From IMG/VR virus record IMGVR_UViG_2773857866_000003: a stretch of DNA of 64,000 nucleotides; one strand, given 5' to 3'. The notes under the pieces are model-generated. The model had not been told where the DNA came from. It made no database searches and saw only the letters and a program-made list of their open reading frames with translations. Made by a program: the position numbers and the translations under genes. This document shows positions 30,709 to 39,585 of the stretch, piece by piece (within the stretch, counting starts at the first letter, position 1; the number at the start of each line of letters is the position of its first letter). Source of the DNA: a virus. Its lineage: Duplodnaviria; Heunggongvirae; Uroviricota; Caudoviricetes.

Positions 30709-31599
30709 TTATTCCTCCTTAACTACTGCATTTGCACCCTGAACAGTTACCCAACCATGCTGTAATCTTGCCTCTGCCTCTTTCATCTGAATGAGTTCTG
30801 GTGTAATGGAGTTAGATTTCAAATTATTTGCATCTGCCTCCGCCTGAGCTTCGATACGCATTTTTTCTGCTTTTGCTTGAGCCTGTGTTACTGCAATCTG
30901 AGCATCTGCTTCCGCTTGCATTTTTTCGGTTTCTTTTTGAACTTTAATTTTTTCCTGCTCTGCTTCCGCTTGCTGTTTTTCCTGCAAAGCTTTCACTCTA
31001 TCATCAATTGCTGCCTTTAACTTATCGTCAGGATGAACGTCAATAATGGATGCATCCAAAACTTCAATGCCATACGCTTCGCCAAATTCTTCATTTAAAT
31101 ATTCAGTGATTTTGTCGTTGATTTCTGATCTATTTCCACTATATAACTGCATCATACTGTAATCTGTTGTAATTTCAGAAATCTTTGATTTTAACACTGT
31201 TTTCACACGCTGTTCAACAATATCTTCTCCATCCATACCTTTGAATTTCTTATATGTATCTACTACTGTTTCAGGAATATATCTATAGGACATCTGAAAA
31301 CTAATAGAAATACTTGCATCATCAGAAGTAGCAACTTTGAAAGAGTCGTCCCCTTCACTTCCTTCTCTCTTATCTTTTGATAGAATTAACTGTTCATTTC
31401 CAATTGTAAATTCTTTTACGTGAATACCAGGAAGAACAAAATGTACTCCCATGTCCAATACTTCATCTTTTACTCCACCATTCAATGAATATTGAACTCC
31501 TACTCTTCCTGTTGGAATTTTTTCCATCTGGCTCACTGTAAAAACTCCGCCTGCCAATGCAACTACTAAAACAATACTAGCTATAACTTTTTTCTTCAT
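30709..31599 (-). CDS. SPFH/band-7 (stomatin/HflKC-like) membrane protein
   Basis: An N-terminal TM helix followed by an SPFH core (GVQYSLNGGVKDEVLDMGVHFVLPGIHVKEF...), then a coiled-coil tail. Confidence 0.6.
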   Translation of the reverse strand: MKKKVIASIVLVVALAGGVFTVSQMEKIPTGRVGVQYSLNGGVKDEVLDMGVHFVLPGIHVKEFTIGNEQLILSKDKREGSEGDDSFKVATSDDASISISFQMSYRYIPETVVDTYKKFKGMDGEDIVEQRVKTVLKSKISEITTDYSMMQLYSGNRSEINDKITEYLNEEFGEAYGIEVLDASIIDVHPDDKLKAAIDDRVKALQEKQQAEAEQEKIKVQKETEKMQAEADAQIAVTQAQAKAEKMRIEAQAEADANNLKSNSITPELIQMKEAEARLQHGWVTVQGANAVVKEE

Positions 31600-31740
31600 G
31601 GCTTATGGTCTTCCTCCAATTCTTTTTCTATCTTTTTGTCATCTTTTTTGATTGAATTGATAACTTTATTTCCAATCCATACAATTATCAATCCCAACAC
31701 TGCATATCCTAAAACCGCTAAAAGAAATAGAACCCACATA

Positions 31741-32484
31741 TTATTTCATTCCTTTCTTTGCTTTCAGTTCAGCTAACTTCTTATTGATTTCTTCGTCTTT
31801 CATTTTTTTATCCAGACGTTTTTTCTGCACGCTAGCAGAATTTTCATAAGCTATTCTGTTTCCTTCAGACTCTTCTCTTGCTTTTCTGACTCCATCTCTG
31901 ACTTTTTCTAACATTTTATCTTCTTCATTTGAAGACACTGTGGTATCAGCTTTCAAAGATTTTGTAGCTTCTACTGTTTCCAAAGTGAATACGGTTTTTT
32001 CTTTTTCAGCTTTTAACTGTGCCAAATCATCATAGAGCTTATCAACTGTCTCTTTCTGCAACCTTTCGTTCTCTTTCAAATCCTTAATACCTTCTTTGAG
32101 AACTTCCATCTTATCTGTAATTTCTTGCTGCATTTTCAAATATGTTTTAGCCCCTTCATCATCACCACGAGATACGCAAGAGTCAATATCCATATTAACT
32201 TTCATTTCATCTTTTTGGAGTGTTCTTAAATCTTTTTCAAATGCAGATAATTTTCCAAGAATTTGACTATAGTTAGCACTTGCTTTAGAATAATCTTCTT
32301 CTTTCTTTTCAATAGCAGCATTAAAATATGCTTTTGCACCTTCAGGAGTAGATGCATCTTCACTTAATTTTTCATTGATTGTTCCTGTTGCTCTAAGGCG
32401 AATTCTTTTGCCTATTTTTGTAAACAAAAGAATTCCTCCAACAATACCAACAGTTAATAAAAGTAATACCGTTGCGAAAGTCAT
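31741..32484 (-). CDS. PspA/IM30-like coiled-coil protein with N-terminal TM anchor
   Basis: Helical repeats throughout; the N-terminal EDASTPEGAKAY and C-terminal KLAELKAKKG resemble PspA (EDPQKLVRL...LAQLKAKMK). Confidence 0.4.
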   Translation of the reverse strand: MTFATVLLLLTVGIVGGILLFTKIGKRIRLRATGTINEKLSEDASTPEGAKAYFNAAIEKKEEDYSKASANYSQILGKLSAFEKDLRTLQKDEMKVNMDIDSCVSRGDDEGAKTYLKMQQEITDKMEVLKEGIKDLKENERLQKETVDKLYDDLAQLKAEKEKTVFTLETVEATKSLKADTTVSSNEEDKMLEKVRDGVRKAREESEGNRIAYENSASVQKKRLDKKMKDEEINKKLAELKAKKGMK

Positions 32485-33125
32485 TAAGCATCCCTACCTT
32501 CATCAATGTCTAAATCAAATGTTTTAAATAATTCAACCATACCGCCTGTATAACCAGAACCAATTGCCTGAAATTTAAATCCACCGTTATGCTTGTATAA
32601 TCTTCCAAGCTCCACAGCATTTAATTTTTCAAACTTTTCATCTTCTGATAAATCAAAGTTTGCTTCAAAACCTGACGGATTGTCATAGTCATATACTGTA
32701 ACCATTGCATTATTTACCATGCCAAAATTCTGCAATCGTTGAATTGCTCTGAAAATTGTTAAGCAAATTGTAAAGTCTGTTTTGTTTGCTGGAAACTTAT
32801 CAGCGTGAACAATAAAATACTCATCAAAATGTCTCCCATTAAATTCAATACCCTGTGAGTCATCGCCTGTTCTGTTATCTCCAGAGTATTCAACCCACGG
32901 ATAATTTTTTCCATCTCCGTATGTACTAAAATTCACGATATCTGAAGGATATTGAACTTTTTTATCGCTGTTTGTTAAGAACCCATGTATATCAAAATCA
33001 ATATCTCCTTCGCCGGAAAATCTATTCATATCCCAACGCACACCAATGAAAATATTTTTAATGTTGCTTCCATCTTCTTTTGTCATGTTAATTTTTTGAT
33101 TTTTACTCATATCAATTACTGGCAT
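32484..33125 (-). CDS. TerD-domain protein
   Basis: N-terminus IDMSKNQKINMTKE...GVRWDMN...GDIDFDIHGFL matches the TerD pattern (SLSKGgnVsLtK ... GLGWD ... DlDasafll). Confidence 0.6.
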   Translation of the reverse strand: MPVIDMSKNQKINMTKEDGSNIKNIFIGVRWDMNRFSGEGDIDFDIHGFLTNSDKKVQYPSDIVNFSTYGDGKNYPWVEYSGDNRTGDDSQGIEFNGRHFDEYFIVHADKFPANKTDFTICLTIFRAIQRLQNFGMVNNAMVTVYDYDNPSGFEANFDLSEDEKFEKLNAVELGRLYKHNGGFKFQAIGSGYTGGMVELFKTFDLDIDEGRDA

Positions 33126-33137
33126 TTTTTCTTCCTC

Positions 33138-33884
33138 CTATTTATTCGCTAACCAATCTTTATATTGTCTCAAAAGCTCTGTATATAGCTGCTCATCATC
33201 TAATTTTGCAATATCTTTTACAGAGATAAACCCTGTATTATCATTCTCTCTGCCTTTCATGTCGTCCAAAGATTTCAGATATTTAAAATTATCATTTCCA
33301 ATTCCTACAAACTGGACAAATATGTTGTATGCGGATAATTCCCTGATAATGTCATTTGTTTTTTCTTTATCCCAGTTATCTCCATCTGTAATAAACATGA
33401 TAAATGCAGGAATTGTGCTAGGCTCAATATCTTTATAGTGATGAACCATACTTGTTAATACAGGTGCATATTCCGTACCTCCCATGCCCATACGTGCTTT
33501 CAACATTACTTTATCTACATAGTTTTCATAATTCTTTTCAGTAATAACTTCAAGTCTTTCTTCTCCATTTGAAAATAGCCAACATTCCAGTTCTTTATTA
33601 TCATCAAACCTCAAGGCAATAGGAAGAAGTCTTGTAATTACATCCTGTACTTTTCCTTCTCTAAATTCATCGCTCATACTTCCACTATAATCCATTGCAA
33701 CTGCAACTCTTGCCGTATGTTTTGTCATATCAATCTTGTTATCTTTTGACATGTTAATTAAAACTTTATTCAAATTCTCTTTTGACATATCAATACATAC
33801 TTTTTTAGTTTCCTGAGCTGGTGCACTATTGTGCCCAGACTCAGTTTCATTTTTATTTCCATTTAAAAAACTGAAAAATCCCAT
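33138..33884 (-). CDS. vWA-domain protein (TerY-like) with TerD-like N-terminal repeats
   Basis: MIDAS motif VAMDYSGSM, downstream FITDGD, and N-terminal IDMSKENLNKVLINMSKDNKIDMTK repeats. Confidence 0.6.
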   Translation of the reverse strand: MGFFSFLNGNKNETESGHNSAPAQETKKVCIDMSKENLNKVLINMSKDNKIDMTKHTARVAVAMDYSGSMSDEFREGKVQDVITRLLPIALRFDDNKELECWLFSNGEERLEVITEKNYENYVDKVMLKARMGMGGTEYAPVLTSMVHHYKDIEPSTIPAFIMFITDGDNWDKEKTNDIIRELSAYNIFVQFVGIGNDNFKYLKSLDDMKGRENDNTGFISVKDIAKLDDEQLYTELLRQYKDWLANK

Positions 33885-36502
33885 TATTTATTTCTCCTTT
33901 TCTTCATTGTTTTTCTAATAAAATCTGCTAACAGAACGATTGTGGATAATGCTGTTACTGCTAACCACTGAGTTAAGTTCAATGAAGCTGTATGTAATAC
34001 GCTTCCCCCAAACTGTACAAGAGCAATAGTTCCTACGAAAATCCCAATAGCAATTCGATAGAATAATTTATTCTTGCTTAATCCTTTAAACAGGTTTCTA
34101 CTATCTGTTCTAAGAGTAAAGCCATTTAATACCGCCATAAAGCAAAGTAAAGCAAATCTCGCTGATAATCCAGCGGCTTCAGTTGCAAATAAATGCTTAA
34201 TTGGACTAAAAATCATTAAACCAAACGCTAAAGAGAAGATACATGCGTTAATAGCAATATGTTTTTTACTTCCATTTACAAATAATCCTTCACCTTTCTT
34301 TAAAGGTTGTTCTTTCATATATTCATCTTTTGGAGGTTCACCACCAAATGATAAGGAGTTCAAAGAGTCCATAATAATGTTGATAATAAGAATAAGAGCT
34401 GATGTTAAGAAAGAGCCTGTTAAAAAGACTGGATATAAGAAGTTCATAGCAAGAAGTGAATAATTGATTGGCAACTGGAAATTCAAGAACATAAGAATAT
34501 TGTGCATAAATGTTCTTCCAAGTTTTACTCCTTTTACAATAGAAGCAAAGTTATCGTCTACAAGGATAATATCACCAGCTTCTTTTGCCACATCAGTGCC
34601 ACTATTCATGGCGAAACCAACGTCAGATTTTGTTAATGCTGGTGCATCATTTGTACCGTCACCTGTCATTGCTGTGGAATATCCAAGCTCCTGAGCTAAT
34701 GTAATAAGTCTCAATTTTGTTGTAGGAGAACATCTAGCAATAACTCTTAAACGTGGAATAATGTCTTTAATTTCTTCATCTGTCATTCCAGAAAACTCTG
34801 CATCAGTTAAAGCCATATCACCTTTTTCATAAATACCAGCTTCTTGAGCTACTGCAACTGCTGTTTCAATACAGTCTCCTGTAATTTCTACTACTGTAAT
34901 TCCAGCCTCTTTTGCTGTCTTAACAGCATCAGGAACTTCTTTACGAACTGGATCTTGTACTCCAATTACTGCTGTGAATACTAAATCTTCTGGTATTACA
35001 TTTTCCTCTAAAGCTTCCATATTGTATGCAAATGCAATACATCTCATTGCTTTCGTGGTAAGGTCATAGATTTCACTCAAGATATTTATTCTATCCTCAT
35101 CTGTCATTTCGACAATTTTCCCATTTTCTAGTCTGTATTTACAATTGGATAAAATCTTTTCAGGAGCACCCTTATAATAGGAAGTATCTCCAAACTCACA
35201 GCTTGTAGAAAACGCTGAATACTTAAATTGACTATTGAAAGGCTGTTTTTTAGATTTTGGGTTTTGAGTCAAAATAGAATTGAATTCAGATTGATTAAGA
35301 AGACTAAGCATTGCTCTATCTATTGAATTGCCACCAGTAATTTTTCCTTTTTCATCAAATAAGCTTCCGCTTGTTAAAGCTATATTTTCTTTAAGAATTT
35401 CTGGTAGATTATCTTTATTTATTTTTTGAGATTTCATGTCACCAGTAATAATTTCTTTTGGTGTCATAACACCTGTTGTCAATGTTCCTGTTTTATCTGT
35501 ACATACGTAATTCACATAAGCCAATTCTGGTATCTTTGAAGGATTTTTTGTAAGAATATTTGCCTTTTCCATTGTCTTAACATTCATTTTAGTAACAAAT
35601 TTTACAATCATTGGTAATCCTTCTGGTACAGCAGCTACAATAATTGTCAGGGCTACTGAAATGTTTTCAGCGATTGTTCTTATTATCTGTAACACATCTC
35701 CTGAAAAGTATTCTCTAAATCCAACTTCTAAGATACCTGTTGCTGTTGCGATTAAAAATCCTCCAAAGGCTGCCACTGTTCCCCATTTAGAAATAAAATC
35801 AGCTAACTTATCTAATGCAATATCTAAAGCAGTTTTAGTAGGCTCTAATGTTTGCATTTTTACCAGTGTGTCTCCATTGACAGTGTTAATACCAACTGTC
35901 TGTACTAACATTTTTGCTTCACCAGACATAACAGTTGTTCCGGCAAATACGCACGTTTCATCTGTATAATGGTCTGTAGTTATTTCTTCTGGATATTTAA
36001 ATCCTGAAATGTAATGTTTTTTACATTCTTTTGTTTCACCATTAATTGCAGCGTTACTTACAGCAATTTCACCTTCAACAATGTAACCATCTGCAAAGAT
36101 TTCCTGTCCCATTTCAAGACATATAATATCGCCAACTACAATATCATCTTTATTGATTTTTACAACAGAACCATTTCTAATTACATTACAATATCTAACC
36201 GCCGTTTTTGCTCTTAGACTATTATTTGATTTCTGTATTGATAGATTTGTTCTAACATTAATTCCACTCACAATTGCTAACACTGCTAAAATAATAACAG
36301 GCTCACTAAAACTTTCTACTCCTAGAAATGCAAGAGCAAAGAAAACTCCAGCCATCATGATTAGAATAATTGTGATTTTATCCTTTAATCCGTCTGTAAA
36401 AAAATTAAACCACGTCTTTTGCTTTGGTTCTGGCAGCTTATTGCTACCATATTTTTGTCTGCTTTTTTCTACTTGCTGGTCATTTAAACCATTCAAATTC
36501 AT
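33884..36502 (-). CDS. P-type cation-transporting ATPase (type II, Ca2+/Mg2+-like)
   Basis: Phosphorylation motif CTDKTGTLT, hinge motif TGDGTNDAPAL, and ~10 TM helices. Confidence 0.85.
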   Translation of the reverse strand: MNLNGLNDQQVEKSRQKYGSNKLPEPKQKTWFNFFTDGLKDKITIILIMMAGVFFALAFLGVESFSEPVIILAVLAIVSGINVRTNLSIQKSNNSLRAKTAVRYCNVIRNGSVVKINKDDIVVGDIICLEMGQEIFADGYIVEGEIAVSNAAINGETKECKKHYISGFKYPEEITTDHYTDETCVFAGTTVMSGEAKMLVQTVGINTVNGDTLVKMQTLEPTKTALDIALDKLADFISKWGTVAAFGGFLIATATGILEVGFREYFSGDVLQIIRTIAENISVALTIIVAAVPEGLPMIVKFVTKMNVKTMEKANILTKNPSKIPELAYVNYVCTDKTGTLTTGVMTPKEIITGDMKSQKINKDNLPEILKENIALTSGSLFDEKGKITGGNSIDRAMLSLLNQSEFNSILTQNPKSKKQPFNSQFKYSAFSTSCEFGDTSYYKGAPEKILSNCKYRLENGKIVEMTDEDRINILSEIYDLTTKAMRCIAFAYNMEALEENVIPEDLVFTAVIGVQDPVRKEVPDAVKTAKEAGITVVEITGDCIETAVAVAQEAGIYEKGDMALTDAEFSGMTDEEIKDIIPRLRVIARCSPTTKLRLITLAQELGYSTAMTGDGTNDAPALTKSDVGFAMNSGTDVAKEAGDIILVDDNFASIVKGVKLGRTFMHNILMFLNFQLPINYSLLAMNFLYPVFLTGSFLTSALILIINIIMDSLNSLSFGGEPPKDEYMKEQPLKKGEGLFVNGSKKHIAINACIFSLAFGLMIFSPIKHLFATEAAGLSARFALLCFMAVLNGFTLRTDSRNLFKGLSKNKLFYRIAIGIFVGTIALVQFGGSVLHTASLNLTQWLAVTALSTIVLLADFIRKTMKKRRNK

Positions 36503-38118
36503 TTGCTTTTTCCCTCCAGTTCTTTAAATCTATCTTCAATAATCTGATACCTTTCTGTATTAAGCTGTTTTAATAGGCATTTGTACGGGTCTAATTCATT
36601 ACTTAATACCATATTCATTATGTTTACAGAATATCCTGATACAAGTGCTACTCCATTCGCATTTTCTCTAACAGGGATTGTTCCTGTTCTTGAACAAATA
36701 TTCCAAAACACCAGTCTTGGTAATTTATATCCGTATCGTTCATATTCTTTAGCAAATTCATCAAACATTGCTTTATCTGTTCTTCCTGAAGTCATACAGT
36801 CAAATTCCATATCCGAAATCATCAATAGCGTGTTTGGCAAATCAGATTGTTTCATGTTGTTTTTTACAGCCGTGTCTAATAATAACTGGAATACTCTTTC
36901 AATATTCGTATTACTGCAATCTGTATTTTTTAAAGTAATCTGAATTTTTTCTTTAAGATTTTGACAGTTGCTAATATCAACAAACCTTGGTCTATTTCCA
37001 AATGTCATAAACTTATTATTGAATTGACCAGAACATCTCTCAGCAAAGTAAATAGAAAGTGCTGTTGCAACTTCTTCTGCTTGCACTGAAGAATTTCTAT
37101 CTATTGGTTGATACATACTTCCAGAACCATCTTGAATAACCATAATATTTTCTGCTGACTGAATAGTATCTTTTTGATTTTTCCAAAGTTGTTCTAATGT
37201 CTCATCATATTTTTTTAATTTATAACTCCAACCATATCCATCTACAGTAACATACTGATGCACAATATCGTGAGGAAAGTTAGTAGAAGCATTGATTTTT
37301 ACTCCTTCTTTTCCGTTAGCCAAATCTTCAAGATACTGTTGTCTTCTTTCTGGATCGTGTTTAAGAAAAGCGTTTCGATATAATAGATTTGCTTTAGAAG
37401 GTACTGAATTGTAGTCAATTGCTGACCATTGATTTGCACACATAAAAGTTTCTACCAAATTGAGTTTCTTACGCAATTTCACCAACATACGATTGTATGT
37501 CTTATCATCGAGTTCTAACCCTTCAATAATAAGTCTTGCATAATGTCTTGATATATGACTTTCTGCATTACGTTTTGGTAGCCACTTCGCAAGCAATGAT
37601 ATTGGTTTATCTTCAGTATAATTTTTAATATCTTCTTGAAGCTGTGCGTTTATCATTTTAATTACTATACTGTTAAGTTGTGTATCAAGCAATACCCATG
37701 TATCATCATATCGTCCATATTCTGCTATATATGGAATAAATAGTGTCATCTCATGTGGTCTAAAGTCAGCCATATACTTGATAATTCTGTGAAAAGTATC
37801 TCTTTCACCCATCCCACCTCTAATATCACGTAAGAAGAATAGCCATTTCCATGCATACATTGGGTTTTCATAATAAGCAGCTTGGAACAAGTTGATTAAT
37901 TCTTTGTCTGTTTTCTTTCGTAGCGAACTTGTCATATAGTTAATATCTACCAAAACATGACCTGAAGACTTATATCCAATTGCACCGTTTTCACTTATGG
38001 ACACATTATATGGCAATTCATTTAGTGTTTCTTTTACAGCTTCTGCAAAATTTAATCCTTTTGGTTTCAAATATAATTCGCCATCTGCTACAAAATCTTT
38101 TATAAAATTGTTTTGCAT
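36499..38118 (-). CDS. Ro60/Rsr-like TROVE plus vWA protein
   Basis: 539 aa (human Ro60 is 538 aa). NFPHDIVHQYVTVDGYGWSYKLKKYDETLEQLWKN...IMVIQDGSGSM aligns to recalled Ro60 [34 protein letters not shown]...LLAVDVSASM. The downstream vWA motifs NTDCS and LLMISDMEFD correspond to Ro60 GGTDCS and VFIVFTDNETF. Confidence 0.55.
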   Translation of the reverse strand: MQNNFIKDFVADGELYLKPKGLNFAEAVKETLNELPYNVSISENGAIGYKSSGHVLVDINYMTSSLRKKTDKELINLFQAAYYENPMYAWKWLFFLRDIRGGMGERDTFHRIIKYMADFRPHEMTLFIPYIAEYGRYDDTWVLLDTQLNSIVIKMINAQLQEDIKNYTEDKPISLLAKWLPKRNAESHISRHYARLIIEGLELDDKTYNRMLVKLRKKLNLVETFMCANQWSAIDYNSVPSKANLLYRNAFLKHDPERRQQYLEDLANGKEGVKINASTNFPHDIVHQYVTVDGYGWSYKLKKYDETLEQLWKNQKDTIQSAENIMVIQDGSGSMYQPIDRNSSVQAEEVATALSIYFAERCSGQFNNKFMTFGNRPRFVDISNCQNLKEKIQITLKNTDCSNTNIERVFQLLLDTAVKNNMKQSDLPNTLLMISDMEFDCMTSGRTDKAMFDEFAKEYERYGYKLPRLVFWNICSRTGTIPVRENANGVALVSGYSVNIMNMVLSNELDPYKCLLKQLNTERYQIIEDRFKELEGKSK

Positions 38119-38158
38119 TTTTAATTTCCCTTTCTTTGTATTTTAGATTTTACACCTA

Positions 38159-38232
38159 TCAGAACACTAGGACTCGAACCTAGAACGAAAGCTTCCAACA
38201 CTAACCGAGTTACCCATTACTCTCATATTCTG
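38159..38232 (-). ncRNA. tRNA-like element, 74 nt (possible degenerate tRNA with UGG anticodon loop GTTGGAA; weak anticodon stem)
   Basis: Acceptor CAGAATA/TGTTCTG with one GU pair, a T arm CTAGG-TTCGAGT-CCTAG, and a D loop containing GGG. Confidence 0.35.
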
Positions 38233-38235
38233 TTG

Positions 38236-38362
38236 TGCGGAGAAGCAAGACTCGAACCTGCGACATCTGGCTCCCTAAGCAATATGTATGTTGCTGCATG
38301 TAACGAATATTTTACATCGCTACAATTTTAACAGTGCTCTATCCATCTGAGCTATTCTCCGC
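38236..38362 (-). ncRNA. tRNA-like RNA with ~55 nt insertion in the anticodon-arm position (Y-RNA/YrlA-like candidate), 127 nt
   Basis: 8 bp acceptor GCGGAGAA/TTCTCCGC, D arm GCTCAGATGGATAGAGC, T arm GCAGG-TTCGAGT-CTTGC, and an insert carrying TTGTAG and TTACATGCAGCAA. Confidence 0.5.
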
Positions 38363-38368
38363 ATATTT

Positions 38369-38496
38369 TGCAGGACAACCGGACTCGAACCGATAACCAC
38401 GGCGTTAAAAGCGCATTAGAAATAATTGCTGTATGTAACATATTTATAACAATACTACAAAGTTTACGTGCTCTAGCCAATTGAGCTATGTCCTGC
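38369..38496 (-). ncRNA. tRNA-like RNA with ~55 nt insertion (paralogue of 38236..38362), 128 nt
   Basis: 8 bp acceptor GCAGGACA/TGTCCTGC, D arm GCTCAATTGGCTAGAGC, T arm ATCGG-TTCGAGT-CCGGT, and an insert carrying TTGTAG and TTACATACAGCAA. Confidence 0.5.
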
Positions 38497-38519
38497 ATAT
38501 TAAATTTTCTCAGCTACAT

Positions 38520-38623
38520 TTAATTGTGATGGATTTGAACCATCTCGAAATATTTTGTCATAATACTTTCTTTAACCATTTGTTTTATATTTTGCTGTAT
38601 GTAACTGATTTGAATTTTTCATT
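38520..38623 (-). ncRNA. degenerate tRNA-like/structured RNA carrying the same TTACATACAGCAA motif
   Basis: The 3' T arm GATGG-TTCAAAT-CCATC and a 9 bp imperfect terminal helix are present, but there is no canonical D arm. Confidence 0.25.
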
Positions 38624-38836
38624 CACAATAAATCGTTACTTTATTGCAGTTCTCTTATGAACTTCTGCATTTCACAATGCAGTTTTACCCTATTCTCTTT
38701 ACCTCTACTTAGAGTGCTACGAATTAGAAATATTGTTTCCTTTTACGATTGGGGCATGTCCTTGAGTAAATTTATTTGGAAGTGATTTATATGTTTGAAA
38801 ATATATTTCAAAATTTTAAAGTTATAGCTCAAGGAA

Positions 38837-38910
38837 TTGCGGAGAGTGGATTTGAACCACTGATCTTTAGCTGATGAGGCTAACGAGCTTCCAGACTGCT
38901 CTACTCCGCA
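38837..38910 (-). tRNA. tRNA-Met (anticodon CAT), 74 nt
   Basis: The hand-folded cloverleaf is complete: acceptor TGCGGAG/CTCCGCA, D GAGC-AGTCTGGAA-GCTC, anticodon stem TTAGC/GCTAA with loop CTCATCA, T AGTGG-TTCAAAT-CCACT. Confidence 0.65.
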
Positions 38911-38981
38911 TCAGAATTGCAGTTATTCCTGCAACTCATTTAAAAGTAAATAAAAAAGATAACCTCTCCAACAAAGGAGCT

Positions 38982-39091
38982 TGCAATGAGCAAGAGTCGA
39001 ACTTGCGACCTGCTGGTTTGTTTTGCTGTCTACAATGTATTTTTAACAACATTGTTTTTGCCAGCCGTTCTCCCAACTGAACTATCATTGC
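38982..39091 (-). ncRNA. tRNA-like RNA with intact anticodon stem but a 44 nt loop, 110 nt
   Basis: Acceptor GCAATGA/TCATTGC, D GTTC-AGTTGGGA-GAAC, anticodon stem GCTGG/CCAGC enclosing CAAAAACAATGTTGTTAAAAATACATTGTAGACAGCAAAACAAA, and T GCAAG-TTCGACT-CTTGC. Confidence 0.5.
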
Positions 39092-39174
39092 ATTTATTTT
39101 TACCTTTACCCTGTAGAGTATTGCATTTTTGGGGGTGTGTTAGGGGTGTTTAAAAATACAGAGTAAAGATAAAA

Positions 39175-39246
39175 CTGGGATAGCTGGATTCGAACCAGCG
39201 AATACAGGAGTCAAAGTCCTGTGCCTTACCGCTTGGCGATACCCCA
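39175..39246 (-). tRNA. tRNA-Gln (anticodon TTG), 72 nt
   Basis: Acceptor TGGGGTA/TATCCCA, D GCC-AAGCGGTAA-GGC, anticodon stem CAGGA/TCCTG with loop CTTTGAC, T GCTGG-TTCGAAT-CCAGC. Confidence 0.8.
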
Positions 39247-39293
39247 AGAAAGGAGTCTACTATTTGAAAAAAATCATAAAGCAAATAGTAGAG

Positions 39294-39441
39294 AGATAAG
39301 CAATGGATTTGAACCATCTCTATAATGTAAAGTCTGTTTCATGTGCACATTCCACATTCATCGCATCATATTTTACTCGTTCCATATCATACTTTCCTTA
39401 GTTCGTGCACGTTCCAAAGATTTCTGTTGAGTATGCTTATC
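39294..39441 (-). ncRNA. 148 nt structured RNA with tRNA-like acceptor and T arm enclosing a ~130 nt insert that has two GTGCAC-centred palindromes
   Basis: The termini GATAAGC/GCTTATC pair, and there is a T arm GATGG-TTCAAAT-CCATT. The interior holds ACGTGCACGAAC and ATGTGCACATG palindromes and a TTTACAT motif; there is no D arm. Confidence 0.35.
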
Positions 39442-39585
39442 AAAATTAGTAGACTCAAAGGCTCATTACCTCTCATGAGTAAGGGATAAAACCTTAGTAA
39501 AAACTGTTACTTGTACAGGTACGCATTACAGTAAAAACTATATCTACTCTGTTTTTATGGCAATTGATTTAATCTATCAGCCTAA

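Noticed and set aside
38874-39080. 68 aa plus-strand ORF over the ncRNA array
   Set aside because: It overlaps the tRNA-Met and the tRNA-like element on the opposite strand, and its translation is a readthrough of structured RNA sequence.
38236-39091. Canonical spliceosomal, archaeal BHB or group I tRNA introns as the explanation for the tRNA insertions
   Set aside because: The inserts are 40-55 nt, too short for group I, and they are not at the canonical 37/38 position with a bulge-helix-bulge. Removing any contiguous segment does not regenerate a standard 7 nt anticodon loop with U33. A phage-specific splicing route that uses the encoded ligase and Pnkp cannot be excluded.
39294-39441. tmRNA
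   Set aside because: It has the tRNA-like acceptor and T-arm ends and no D arm, like a tmRNA, but it is only 148 nt and has no tag-peptide reading frame ending in ALAA-like residues.
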